DNA of 63,227 bases, the filler included. It is 9 parts of 9 records of this genome, joined end to end, with 100 filler letters (N's around TTAATTAATTAA, not from the genome) between each part and the next. Parts side by side here need not be neighbours in the genome. Positions count along the whole stretch, not along the records: positions 6,539 to 11,671 come from SRR31147125_29983; positions 11,772 to 17,573 come from SRR31147125_30023; positions 17,674 to 24,003 come from SRR31147125_30038; 6 more parts are not named here. One strand, given 5' to 3'. This document shows, piece by piece, positions 9,747 through 20,393 of this stretch. How positions within the stretch are numbered: the stretch's first letter is position 1; each line of letters starts with the position of its first letter. The position numbers and the translations under genes were made by a program. The notes under the pieces were generated by a model. It saw only the letters and a list, made by a program, of their open reading frames with translations. It was not told where the DNA came from and ran no database searches.

Positions 9747-10370
9747 ATGGCGTTAAATTGGAGACTCAACATGCTCATCAGCGCCGGAGTGGCGGTGCTC
9801 TGTTTTCTTGCCGCAGATCGACTACTCAGTTTCAAATGGTGGGTGGATGTGGTGATTGGACTGGCTTTCGGCGGGATTGTCAACATTTTCATCCTTCAGG
9901 ATAAAAAGGAAGATCATGAGGTCGAAGTGGTCCCCGGCCTTTCGCGTCAGGAATTGAAAGAGATCCTTCTCAAAGGACGAGAGTGGGCGGACAGTGTGGC
10001 ATCCGTGGCAATGAAGCTGAATAAACTTCAGCCGGAAACGGCAAGCCAAATTGTGGAAATTGCCCACACGATCGACGCTATTTTTTCCAATTTTCAAACC
10101 GATCCCGATGATCTAAACACAGCCAATGCCCGCCGTCTGTTGAACGATCATCTGCCCAGGGCCCATCGATTTATCGACGCCTATGCCAAACTGGCCGCGG
10201 CAAAACGCCTGACCCCCACGGAAGAAGAAAAATTGAGCCGGATGGAGGCAAAGATCGTCACCATACGGGATACCTTTTCCAAACATCTGGAAGGATTTCG
10301 AACCAATGATTTTACCTCCCTCAAGGTCGAGGGGGATACCATGGAAACCATCTATAAACTTGATGTATGA
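9747..10370 (+). CDS. XpaC-like (5-bromo-4-chloroindolyl phosphate hydrolysis family) membrane protein
   Basis: Two N-terminal TM helices, then DPDDL..ARRLL.DHLP.....IDAY and a helical tail ending LKVE. Confidence 0.75.
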   Translation: MALNWRLNMLISAGVAVLCFLAADRLLSFKWWVDVVIGLAFGGIVNIFILQDKKEDHEVEVVPGLSRQELKEILLKGREWADSVASVAMKLNKLQPETASQIVEIAHTIDAIFSNFQTDPDDLNTANARRLLNDHLPRAHRFIDAYAKLAAAKRLTPTEEEKLSRMEAKIVTIRDTFSKHLEGFRTNDFTSLKVEGDTMETIYKLDV

Positions 10371-10416
10371 TTTCTCAATATTCAATGTTGGGAGTATCAT
10401 GTTTTGGAGAAAATAT

Positions 10417-11523
10417 ATGAATAAAAAAAGCATGTTCGGTATTGTATTGGCGTTAATTTTGATTTTGGGAATTACAGCCATGCAGTTTCTCGGCGAGAGT
10501 GATCTGATAAAGGAAGTTGAAAAGCCCAAGGACATCACCGTAAAAGGATATGTCGGGGGAGAAAAAATGGGGTTTCTGGCCAATGAAAAAGTGCTGGAGA
10601 TCCTCGACAAAACCTATGGCATCACGCTGGATGTCCATAAAAAGGGGAGCGTGGAAATGGTCAAAGGCGCTCAATACCGGGGGGATGATATCGATTTCTA
10701 CTGGCCCTCCAACTTTGTTTGTGTGGAGTGGTTCAAAAATTCCGGTGGACAGAGCAAAGGGGCGGATGTCATTTTCAACTCGCCCATGGTGATCTACTGC
10801 CCCGATAAGGTCGCCGATGCACTGATTGAACAGCACATCGTGCGTGTGGAAGATCATGTTCACTATATTGTGGATTTCCCCAAGCTTGTGAATCTGGCCG
10901 TCACCGTTACCCAATGGAAAGAGATGGGCCTTGCCATGATACCGGGAACCATGAAGATTCTCTCCACGGACCCCGCCCACAGCAATAGCGGAAATATTTT
11001 TTACGGCCTTCTGGCCAATACCCTTCATGGCGATGTGGTGAGTCCCGCAACGGTTCAAGAGGTACTGGGTCCCATCAAAGCCTATTTCGATCGTATGGGG
11101 TTTCAGCATAAATCCTCCGGTGATATCTTTGATCTGTTCGTCTCCAACCCCTACACCAACCCGTTGCTGGTGGGATATGAGAGCCAGCTCATAGAATACG
11201 CCATCCAGAACAGCGACGACTACACCATCTCCTTTTTGAAAAAGAATATCCGGACTCTCTATCCTCAGCCCACCGTGTGGAGCTCTCATCCGTTGATTGC
11301 CGTCAACGACAAAGGGATGAGATTGATGGCTGCGCTGAAAGATCGGGACATTCAGCAAATCGCGTGGGATCTGCATGGGTTTCGCTCCAGTGTCAAAGGG
11401 GTAAGAAACGATCCCACCAAACATAAAGTGTCGGGACTTCCGGAAGTGGTCACCTCCATCATTCAGATGCCGTCGGCAGAGACCATGGATCTTATTTTGG
11501 ACGCCGTCAACCCCAATCCGTGA
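10417..11523 (+). CDS. Membrane-anchored solute-binding-fold protein
   Basis: N-terminal anchor; GGEK.GFL, KKGS.EMV, IFNSPMVIY, STDP.HSNSG, GYESQLIE, YPQPTVWSSHP, GFRS. Start taken at ATG 10417 after a GGAGA RBS. Confidence 0.75.
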   Translation: MNKKSMFGIVLALILILGITAMQFLGESDLIKEVEKPKDITVKGYVGGEKMGFLANEKVLEILDKTYGITLDVHKKGSVEMVKGAQYRGDDIDFYWPSNFVCVEWFKNSGGQSKGADVIFNSPMVIYCPDKVADALIEQHIVRVEDHVHYIVDFPKLVNLAVTVTQWKEMGLAMIPGTMKILSTDPAHSNSGNIFYGLLANTLHGDVVSPATVQEVLGPIKAYFDRMGFQHKSSGDIFDLFVSNPYTNPLLVGYESQLIEYAIQNSDDYTISFLKKNIRTLYPQPTVWSSHPLIAVNDKGMRLMAALKDRDIQQIAWDLHGFRSSVKGVRNDPTKHKVSGLPEVVTSIIQMPSAETMDLILDAVNPNP

Positions 11524-11577
11524 GCGATGAACCCCAAATAATATCAATGCAAAAAATGTCAATAAGGAGAACATCAT

Positions 11578-11671
11578 ATGAGTGATCAAGAATTCAATTT
11601 GCTTGATGAATTGCAGTCTCGAAAAGCCGCTAAAGCGACAGAAACTCAAGCCGGCCCCTCCAGTCCCCCCC
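11578..11671 (+). CDS. 5' fragment of next gene, possibly TelA (toxic anion resistance)
   Basis: AAGGAGA RBS then MSDQEFNLLDELQSRKAAKATETQAGPSSPP, cut by the contig end. Identity rests only on operon context. Confidence 0.35.
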
Positions 11672-11771
11672 NNNNNNNNNNNNNNNNNNNNNNNNNNNNN
11701 NNNNNNNNNNNNNNNTTAATTAATTAANNNNNNNNNNNNNNNNNNNNNNNNNNNNNNNNNNNNNNNNNNNN

Positions 11772-12431
11772 CCTGCTGTTCACATCGCTCAGGTCGCCAA
11801 ACACCCTGACATCGGCGGGACAGGCTTCGACACATGCCGTCGTCATGTCTCCTTTGGTCAACCGGGTATCCATGCAGAAGTTGCATTTGTCCACGGCTCT
11901 GGTCTCTTCGTCGAAGTAGCGCGCATTATAGGGACAGGCAGCCATACATGTCTTGCAGCCGATACAGCGGTCCGGCTTCATCACGACAATGCCTGTCTTC
12001 TCGTCTTTCCAGGTTGCAGTGGTCGGACACACGCGAACACATGGGGGACGGTTGCACTGATTGCAGAGCACCGGCATGAAGATCGTCTCCTGGCCACCGC
12101 CGACGATATCCCGGCGACGTTCAAGTATCGTTGTCCGGAACCCGTACTCCGGAACATTATTCGTCTTTACGCAGGCATCCTTGCAGAGTTCACAGTCTAC
12201 ACAGAGGTGCTCCCGTATTACCATCGCATAGTGCGGGCTGTAGGGATACTTCCCCCGTTTCGGCACCACGTTGTTCGCAAACACCTGTGCTGCAGAGGTC
12301 AATGACAGCACCTGGCCGCCAAGATAAACCCCGGTTACAGCAAGACCGATCCTCAAAAAGTTGCGCCGTTCCGACGACGGCAATGATTCCGGTTTTTCCG
12401 CACTGGTCTTTTCGATTTCACTGATTTTCAT
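11772..12431 (-). CDS. Tat-exported multi-[4Fe-4S] protein (NrfC/DsrO-like), 3' truncated
   Basis: SERRNFL twin-arginine motif; CVDCELC..AC, CNQC.RPPCVRVCP, CIGCKTC..ACPY, KCNFC...CVEACP. Confidence 0.88.
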
Positions 12432-12782
12432 TTCCTACTCTCACTGGTGATTGAACCTGACGTCTAAAAACGAACATTTTATATCCGCCCATAGTTACAG
12501 ATCGGGTCTCTAAAAGCAACCGCAATGTACCACAAAAAAAGTCAATCGGTTAAGGATATTACTCTACAGTCAGCAGAGCTTGTATTGCCCACTCAATAAA
12601 GCCTTTAACTAAATATTTAAATTACTGGTCAAACGAAATTATCCCACCCGGGATATCGTGTCAAGCGGTTTGTCGAGCCACCCTGAGGTTCTCCAACCAA
12701 TAGTGGCGGAGACCGGGTGAACGCGATATATTTATAGTAGATGACAGTCCTCGCAGAATAATCTTGAATCTGAACGCGCATT

Positions 12783-13247
12783 ATGCCCAGAAACAGTGAA
12801 GGTCCCGCAGCTATTTTCGGGGTGCATATCAGGCATATCTTCGGGGTGATCATATTTCTCATTATCCTGCTGGCGGTTGTGAACGTTTCTGAGATTACCC
12901 GTTTTCTCAAAATAGAACGGTTGACCGGGCAACCCGCCCTCGAACGCTCCGGACAGAGTGGGGATCTGCGGGATATCGTCGTTGACGAGAAGATACTCTC
13001 CAGGGCGATGCGAGAAGTCCAGAGGGCCAAACTTGAAGAAATGGAGGAAGGTGACGGTTCGATTCCAACCGATCGCTTCTTCTATGTTGTGGAACTCATC
13101 AGCGGATCAGACCTGGAAGGTGTCGATCTGACAATCGAGGCGGAACATGTTATCCTCGTTTCAGAAGGCGGCACCCGTACAACCATCAAACGAACCGATG
13201 TAAAAGACATCCAGCGCTATAAACTGGCACCCAGTCCGGCGCAATGA
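12783..13247 (+). CDS. Hypothetical membrane-anchored protein
   Basis: One N-terminal TM segment and a beta-rich C-terminal domain; first of a co-oriented run of genes. Confidence 0.6.
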   Translation: MPRNSEGPAAIFGVHIRHIFGVIIFLIILLAVVNVSEITRFLKIERLTGQPALERSGQSGDLRDIVVDEKILSRAMREVQRAKLEEMEEGDGSIPTDRFFYVVELISGSDLEGVDLTIEAEHVILVSEGGTRTTIKRTDVKDIQRYKLAPSPAQ

Positions 13248-13318
13248 CCTGACGGTCTCCGATCCTTCCTTCCGGCAGAATCCGAACCGGCCGTCATACG
13301 TGCAAGAGAGAAACGAAC

Positions 13319-13738
13319 ATGACCCGTCCGCAATGCAGCCACTCAGATATCCACTCCCAGCTCTGCAGCTTTCTGCTCCTCGTCTGCACGACACTCTCCC
13401 TCGCCGGGTGCGGCGTCGTGCTGATCGGCGGAGCTGCCGCAGGAACGGTCGGATACGTGAGCGGTGATTTAAACGCCACACTCGAGGATAGCTTCGACCG
13501 GGTAGTCGCTGCTACCGATCTGGCGATCGCTGAAAACTCAATTACCCAGGTTACCAGAACACCGGAACAGTATCAGGTACTGTATGTCCTCAAAACCCTC
13601 CAGGACGACAAGGTTCAGTTGACCGTAGCACGAGCCACCAGCGGTATGACCAGCGTATCCATCAGGATCGGTCTGTTTGGCGACGAGCCGCTGTCGAGAC
13701 AGATCCTCAATGAAATCGAGTCCCGCTTGAGCAATTGA
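13319..13738 (+). CDS. DUF3568-like lipoprotein
   Basis: LAGC lipobox, GGAAAGTVGYVSG, C-terminal IRIGLFGDE..SRQIL..I. Confidence 0.75.
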   Translation: MTRPQCSHSDIHSQLCSFLLLVCTTLSLAGCGVVLIGGAAAGTVGYVSGDLNATLEDSFDRVVAATDLAIAENSITQVTRTPEQYQVLYVLKTLQDDKVQLTVARATSGMTSVSIRIGLFGDEPLSRQILNEIESRLSN

Positions 13739-13767
13739 TCCACCATCATGGATACCCAGGAATATTG

Positions 13768-16366
13768 ATGGTCCCCCGCCACCTCCCGCTTATCCTCTGT
13801 CTGTTTTTCGCCACGTTTACGGCGGTCTCCCCCGCGTATCCGAACCAGGCCGCTCCCGCCCCCGTTGAAGATGGTATCGTGAAGGAAATTCAGCAGCGGC
13901 TGTTACCTGAAAAGACCGCCGGCCTCATCGTTAATTACCTCAAAACTGCGAATTACGAAAAAGCCGAGGGAACGCTGACCGACCTCCTGGAATCGAAACC
14001 GCGGGATCGAGACGGTTACCGGTTACTGGAAAAAGTCTATCTGCTGCTGTCATTTTCCAGAGATATACAGGTACTGGACAAATGGTGCGCACGCAGACCG
14101 CTCTCCCACTTCCTTTACGGTCAGGGGCATGCACTACCACGAACGTGCGCGTTTTCTTGACGGTTCCAACCAGACCCTGCTGCTCAGCGCACAACAGCGC
14201 CGCAATTTCGCCGTCTATCTGCGTAAAGCGCAGGCTGACCTCGAAAAAGCCCACGAGCTCAATCCGCTGGACCCCGGCCCGCCGGCAGCCCTCACCGCCC
14301 TGGCCGTACAGTTGAAACAGCCGCGGTCGACCATGGAAGAGTGGTTCACCCGGTCTATTCAGGCAGATCCGGGGTGGCTCGGCGGTTACCGGGCAAAGTT
14401 ATCCTATCTTGCGCCATGGCGATACGGTTCCGCTCCCCTGATGCAGCAGTTTGCCGTCCATTGTTTCGATACTGCACAACCCGGCAGCAATACCTTCTTC
14501 GTCACCCTGGACTGGATAAAACTCACCACCGATCGGGCCGGCACCTCGCTCAACTCCATCCGGTTCCTCACCGAACCACACGTCTTCTCCCTGCTCACCA
14601 GAGGGGTGGCGCGCGCCATCGATGACTTTCCACTGTCTCCGCAAATCGAAACCTACGATGCTATCGTCGAGACGGTCCATACTCAGCCCTATGTATCTAT
14701 CGCCGCATTCAGCGATGGCCTGCAGGAGAACCCCGGTGATCCGGTACTGCTCAGGGGCAGGATTCAATCGTATCTGGCAAGCAGACAGTTCGAGTTTGCA
14801 GAGCGGGACCTGCGCGACCTGGAACAGCTGGAAGGGGTGAGTCCGTTCAGTATGGTCGGCAGGGCCTCGATCCTGTTCCACCATCTTCGCGACATCGATG
14901 GCGGTACCAGTCTCTACGACCGGGCAATCGCTGAAGAGTCGTCTCCATACAGGCGTAAACTATACCTGATTGACCGTGCCGAAATATACCGGGGATTAGG
15001 GAGGTTCGCCGATGCAGGAGAAGATTACACGGACGCGATCAAGGAAGATATCCTCTTCGAACAGGCATACCTGGGCCGCGCCAAAAGCCGGTATGCACTC
15101 GGCGACATACAAGCGGCCATAGCGGATCTGCTCATCCTCAAAAGCACGATCAGGGGCAGACTCGCAACCACTGCACGGTCCCTGATCAACACCTATATGA
15201 AATCCGAGCGGGACAAGCTCACCCGTCGAGACTGGGACGCTGTGCCTCCGCTCCTGCAGCCCGTCCCGGTAAGGCCCGAACCAGAGACCGAACCCGAGGA
15301 CATCAGAGCTTCCGACGTGCGCGACACCATATCCCGGGAACACATCATACACGGACTGCGGAGCTTTTACCAGCAGGACTACCGCACTGCGCGGCGCTCC
15401 TTTTACCGTGCAGTCGCCGCAAATCCGAACGCGCCGAAAGCCTACTTCATGCTGGGCAGACTCGCCGAACAGATTGATTTTGATTACGTGAAGGCGCGCG
15501 TATTCTACGAACAGGCCTACCGCCTCGACCCGGCACCACTCGACTATGTACTCGGCGTATCACGCACCCGCTACCGCGACCGTGACTTCGCGGCTGCTCT
15601 GGAAAGCCTGGCCGGATACCTCGCTACTCTCGAAAATCAGAGAACCGCACCGGCAGATGCTCCAGATCATGCACAGATTTACTTCCTGAGGGGACTCTGC
15701 TTCGAAGAGCTCGGGTTGATTCCGGAGGCGGTAACGAATATGGAAAACGCACTTCGACTGGATAACCGGCTGAAGGCAGCCGCCATATTCATCGCAGATC
15801 ATGGGGAGCAGAAACGCCCGCGACAGCCGTCCCACCCCACCTCCATCCCGGAAAAGCAGACCGGTGACACCGACGATAACCGGGAACAGTTACTCGAAGC
15901 AAGCCGTCAGGCGCTCATGGACGGCAACGCCGACCAGGCCAGGGTGCTCCTGCTCAAGGCGATCCGCAACAACCCGAAGGCCGCGGAACCGTACCACCTG
16001 ATGGGCAGGCTCTTCTCCGAATTGGAACAGGACTACCCGAAGGCCAGCCTCTACTTCAGCCAGGCAATCGAACGAGACAACACCAACCCGCGCTATTTTT
16101 TTGACCGTGCGTCAATCCACTACTACTATCGTCAATATGGACCTGCTGTCAGTGACTTCAGCGAGGTTCTGAAACTCCAGCCGAGCAACGAGCAGGCGGT
16201 CTATTACCGCGGAGTATGCAACCATATGCTCGGCAACACCGATGCGGCACGAAAGGATTTCAATATGCTGCGACAGGGTGGAACCAGGTGGGATATCGAA
16301 ATCGAGCGTTTCCGTAACACCTGGAACTCGGAAATCGACAACTTCCTCAACTCCACCGACCTGTAA
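13768..16366 (+). CDS. Large secreted DUF4034-like/TPR protein (apparent indel near 14112)
   Basis: Signal peptide; LDKWC..RP.SHF continues as [PF]TVRGMHY in the 14129 frame; YLAPWRYGS motif; many TPR repeats. Confidence 0.72.
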
Positions 16367-16499
16367 TCGTGCGTTACCACCCCCCTTGATAGGTCTCACA
16401 GTCGGGAGTAGCTTTTCAGCGACCGGTATGCTACATTCGCGGTCTTCTCGTCGCACAGGTTAGAGCGGTATCACCCCACAACATTATAGTTGGTCATCC

Positions 16500-17390
16500 T
16501 TGCAAAAAACAACAACCTGGCTGCCGGTAGCGAGCCTGCTCACGGCAATGCTGCTCTGGGCAAGTTCCTTTATCGCGCTGAAAATCGCCTTCCAGAGCTA
16601 TCAACCGATGATCGTTATCCTCGGCCGTATGCTCGTCGGCAGTGCGTGCTTTATTTTCTTCTACAGGCAGTTGCGCGATGTCCGGGTCAGGCGGGAAGAT
16701 ATCAAATACCTCCTCGCGATGGCGGTGTGCGAGCCCTGCATCTATTTCATCTTTGAAGCCAGGGCACTGCAGCTTACCTCCGCGTCGCAGGCCGGCCTGA
16801 TAACGGCCATGCTGCCGCTGATGGTTGCCCTCGGGGCAGCCTTGTTCCTCAAAGAAAAAGTTACGCGCAGGATTCTGTTCGGTTTCTGCGTTGCAATCGG
16901 CGGTGCCTGCTGGCTCAGCTTATCAGGAAAAGAGACGGCCACCGCCCCGAACCCGCTGCTCGGCAACTTTCTCGAGTTTCTCGCAATGGTTGCCGCAACC
17001 GGGTATACGCTTTTTCTCAAACACCTCACTGCCCGGTACAGCGCGATCTTTCTCACTGCGGTGCAGACCTGGATCGGTGCACTCTTTTTCTCCCTGTTCC
17101 TGTTCAGGGCGGACACACACATCCCCCATGTTTTTTACCCGCTTCCGGCCTTCGCGGTCTTCTATCTCGGCAGTTTCGTAACGCTGGGGGGGTATCTATT
17201 CTTCAACTATGGGGTCAGCAAGATACCGGCCAGTCAGGCGTCGGCATACGTCAACCTGATCCCGGTATTTACGGTGATCATGGGGTTCATTATATTGGGC
17301 GAGCGTTTTACGATGTCGCAATGCTTCGCGACCGCTCTCGTACTGGCCGGGGTATATATCAGCCAGCGGAATCCTGTCCGAAGCCTCTAA
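16500..17390 (+). CDS. EamA/DMT family transporter
   Basis: About ten TM segments with LWASSF, SASQAGLI, NLIPVF and LGE motifs. Confidence 0.9.
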   Translation: MQKTTTWLPVASLLTAMLLWASSFIALKIAFQSYQPMIVILGRMLVGSACFIFFYRQLRDVRVRREDIKYLLAMAVCEPCIYFIFEARALQLTSASQAGLITAMLPLMVALGAALFLKEKVTRRILFGFCVAIGGACWLSLSGKETATAPNPLLGNFLEFLAMVAATGYTLFLKHLTARYSAIFLTAVQTWIGALFFSLFLFRADTHIPHVFYPLPAFAVFYLGSFVTLGGYLFFNYGVSKIPASQASAYVNLIPVFTVIMGFIILGERFTMSQCFATALVLAGVYISQRNPVRSL

Positions 17391-17673
17391 TCAGGGATTC
17401 TAGAAGATTCTGGAGAAATCGCAGGTATTTGTGCCTGGCATGAATATTTTTCTCAAGTTCTCCTAAATTTGGGATACCCGCATTCATGTCGGCAGTTGTT
17501 GTATGATGCGCACGGCCCCTACCTTACTCTGTTTGATATGATCAAGCTAGGATTCCTAGTAAAGGGTTGGGGGNNNNNNNNNNNNNNNNNNNNNNNNNNN
17601 NNNNNNNNNNNNNNNNNTTAATTAATTAANNNNNNNNNNNNNNNNNNNNNNNNNNNNNNNNNNNNNNNNNNNN

Positions 17674-18149
17674 TTTTTGCAACACTGACAAACAGCATAC
17701 CGGGGATGGTACTTGGTTTATCCTATTTGTTTTTTTTCAACAAGACAGATTTTAAAGGGACCTTTGCCATTCTGATTATCTGTAACGTGGTCCACTTTTT
17801 TACAACACCTTATTTGATGGGAAAGAATGCACTTTCAAAAATGAACCCTTCATGGGAAACCATTGGTTCCTTGATGGGGGACAAGTGGTATGAAACCATT
17901 ATGAGGGTCATTGTGCCCAACTCGAAGAAGACCTTGGTGGCTATGTTTTCCTACTATTTTATTCACAGTATGATTACGATCAGTGCCATTATCTTCCTAG
18001 TTACTGCCAAGACAGCAGTACTGACAAGTAAAATAAAGGAGTTGCAGCACTATGCCAACTTCAATGAAATATTTATCTTGTCGATTTTGATCTTTGTGAC
18101 CAACATTACTTTTAAGAATGTCACAAAGGCACTGGAAAAGCGTTTGTAA
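17674..18149 (+). CDS. ABC transporter permease, C-terminal part
   Basis: NSIPGMVLGL and an EAA-like loop (WETIGSLMG...RVIVP); upstream of an SBP gene; 5' truncated. Confidence 0.8.
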
Positions 18150-18282
18150 TCCACGAGGGGTGGACTTACATATAACAACGTGCATGGGGAGAAGTCTTAA
18201 AGTGTGCTCTTAACCGGTGAGTAGCAGCTTGGAGATGATTTTTCTTTGCACCATTAAAATGAAAAACAATGAATAAAGGAGA

Positions 18283-19287
18283 ATGATTAAAATGAATCAA
18301 CAAAGAAAACTGTGGGGTATTTTAATGCTTTTAGTAATTGTCACTTTATCAGCAGTGGGTTGCGGTGTAAGTGGCGAAGAGAAACAAGTTGTTATCTATA
18401 CAAATGCTGATGAACAAGCAATTGTTGCTATGGAAAATGCACTTAATGGAGCGGGCTATGAAGGTAAGTATGTTCTTCAAGGTATGGGTACATCTGAGCT
18501 GGGCGGCAAGCTTTTGGCTGAAGGACAATCTATTGAAGCTAACCTTGTGACAATGAGTTCTTACTTTGTTGAAAGTGCTCAAAATGAGCACAACATGTTC
18601 CTTCCTTTGGGATTTGACACAAAGGCCTTGAATGAGTACCCAGACTACTATACACCGATCCTTGCCAACACTGGTGCAATTTTCTACAATACTGAAGCAC
18701 TTGCAGCAGAGGGCCTTCCTGTACCGACATCAGTTAAGGACCTTGCAGATCCAGTGTATGCAGATTCAGTATCTGTTCCAAGTATCATGGATTCATCAAC
18801 AGCATGGTTGATGATGCAATCGATCTTAGATGCTTACGGTGAAGAAGAAGGTATGACTATTACAGAAGCTTTAGTGGACAACTGTGGGGCTCATATTGAG
18901 AGTTCAGGTTCTGGTCCAATCAAGAAAGTTAGAGTTGGTGAAGTGGCTATCGGATTTGGCTTGAGACATGATGCTGTTGCAGACCAAAAGGATGGCAAGC
19001 CAATTAAGCTTGTGGATCCAACAGAAGGAAACTTTTCTTTGACTGAGTCTGTTGCAGTTATAAATTCAGAAAGCGATACACTTGATACCTTGGCTATGGA
19101 AATGGCGGAAGTAATAATCAAAGATGCTAGAGAAGCTTTGATTGCAGATTACCCAGTGGCACTTTATGAAGGTGAGACAGTTGATCAATCTAATGTTCCT
19201 GAAAATGCAAAAGTTTACCACGAGCCATTGACTGTGGATTTATTGAAGGAACACCAGGCATTCTTTGAAGATGCAATGAACAAGTAA
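18283..19287 (+). CDS. ABC solute-binding lipoprotein (Fe3+/2-aminoethylphosphonate class), likely phosphonate-binding
   Basis: AVGC lipobox, YTNADE, GTSELGGK, SSGSGP, PTEG; 11 nt upstream of phnW. Confidence 0.8.
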   Translation: MIKMNQQRKLWGILMLLVIVTLSAVGCGVSGEEKQVVIYTNADEQAIVAMENALNGAGYEGKYVLQGMGTSELGGKLLAEGQSIEANLVTMSSYFVESAQNEHNMFLPLGFDTKALNEYPDYYTPILANTGAIFYNTEALAAEGLPVPTSVKDLADPVYADSVSVPSIMDSSTAWLMMQSILDAYGEEEGMTITEALVDNCGAHIESSGSGPIKKVRVGEVAIGFGLRHDAVADQKDGKPIKLVDPTEGNFSLTESVAVINSESDTLDTLAMEMAEVIIKDAREALIADYPVALYEGETVDQSNVPENAKVYHEPLTVDLLKEHQAFFEDAMNK

Positions 19288-19298
19288 GAGGTGACAGA

Positions 19299-20393
19299 AT
19301 GAAGACAATTAAGTTATTGACACCTGGGCCCTTAACAACTTCAGATATGGTTAGACATCAGATGATGTCTGACCGTTGTACTTGGGATGATGACTACAAG
19401 TCAATCACCCAAAGAATCAGAAGGGGCTTATTGGACTTAGCTGGTGTCACAGATGAAACACATACAATCGTTTTAATGCAAGGCAGTGGCTCATTCGGGG
19501 TTGAAGCCACTTTGAATACAGTTCTTTCAAAAGAGGATACTTGTCTGTTCATTGTCAACGGTGCATATGGCAAGAGAATGGTTCAGATGGCTGACTACAT
19601 GGGAAGGAAACATGTGGTATATGATCTGCCTTTCAATGCTTATCCGGATAAGGAAACTGTTGAAAACTATCTTAAAGAAAATGAAGCCATTAGCCATGTG
19701 GCAATGGTTCACTGTGAAACAACAACAGGGATGCTCAATCCTTTAGAAGAGGTAGCTGACCTTTGCAAGACTTACAATAAGACATTCATTTTAGATGCAA
19801 TGAGCAGTTTTGGTGGTGTGCAAATGGATATGAAGGCCCTTAATGTGGCTTATCTCATTTCCAGTGCCAACAAGTGTATCCAAGGGGTGCCTGGCTTCTC
19901 TTTCGTTATTGCTAAGAAAGACCAGTTGATGGCCTGTAAAGGTCAAGCCACAAGCCTGGTGCTTGATTTAGTGGACCAGTGGGAAGTGATGAATAAGGAC
20001 GGAAAATGGCGTTATACATCTCCGACTCATGTTGTGGCTGCTTTTGACCAGGCATTAACTGAACTCAATGAAGAGGGCGGTATCAGTGCAAGGGAAACAA
20101 GATACAAAGAGAACAATGAAACCTTGATTGAGGGCATGAAGACTTTGGGCTTCAGGGCTTATGTCGATAAAGACTATCAATCACCGATCATTACAACTTT
20201 CCTCTTTCCAAACGAAGACTTTTGTTTCAATGACTTCTATGCGTATGTAAAGGAGAGAGGCTATATCCTTTATCCAGGGAAGTTGACAGATGAAGATACT
20301 TTCAGAGTAGGTAACATTGGGGAAATCTACAAGGAAGATATGGATACGCTTCTTGATATCATCAAGAGCTATATGGAGGAAAAACATGTATAG
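19299..20393 (+). CDS. phnW: 2-aminoethylphosphonate-pyruvate transaminase
   Basis: LLTPGPLTTS, DRCTWD, HCETTTG, DAMSSFGG, SSANKCIQGVPGF, WRYTSPTH. Confidence 0.96.
   Translation: MKTIKLLTPGPLTTSDMVRHQMMSDRCTWDDDYKSITQRIRRGLLDLAGVTDETHTIVLMQGSGSFGVEATLNTVLSKEDTCLFIVNGAYGKRMVQMADYMGRKHVVYDLPFNAYPDKETVENYLKENEAISHVAMVHCETTTGMLNPLEEVADLCKTYNKTFILDAMSSFGGVQMDMKALNVAYLISSANKCIQGVPGFSFVIAKKDQLMACKGQATSLVLDLVDQWEVMNKDGKWRYTSPTHVVAAFDQALTELNEEGGISARETRYKENNETLIEGMKTLGFRAYVDKDYQSPIITTFLFPNEDFCFNDFYAYVKERGYILYPGKLTDEDTFRVGNIGEIYKEDMDTLLDIIKSYMEEKHV

Noticed and set aside
10453..11649. 398-aa minus-strand ORF, and likewise the + strand ORF 29188-30336
   Set aside because: Antisense shadows of solute-binding protein genes.
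12512..12533. Sigma-54 promoter for the Tat Fe-S gene (TGGTAC...TTGCT on the minus strand)
   Set aside because: GG-to-GC spacing is 12 nt, not the required 10.
12679..12719. Stem-loop CACCC...GGTTCTCC...GGAGACC GGGTG as a riboswitch
   Set aside because: A single imperfect hairpin with no recognisable aptamer consensus; insufficient support.
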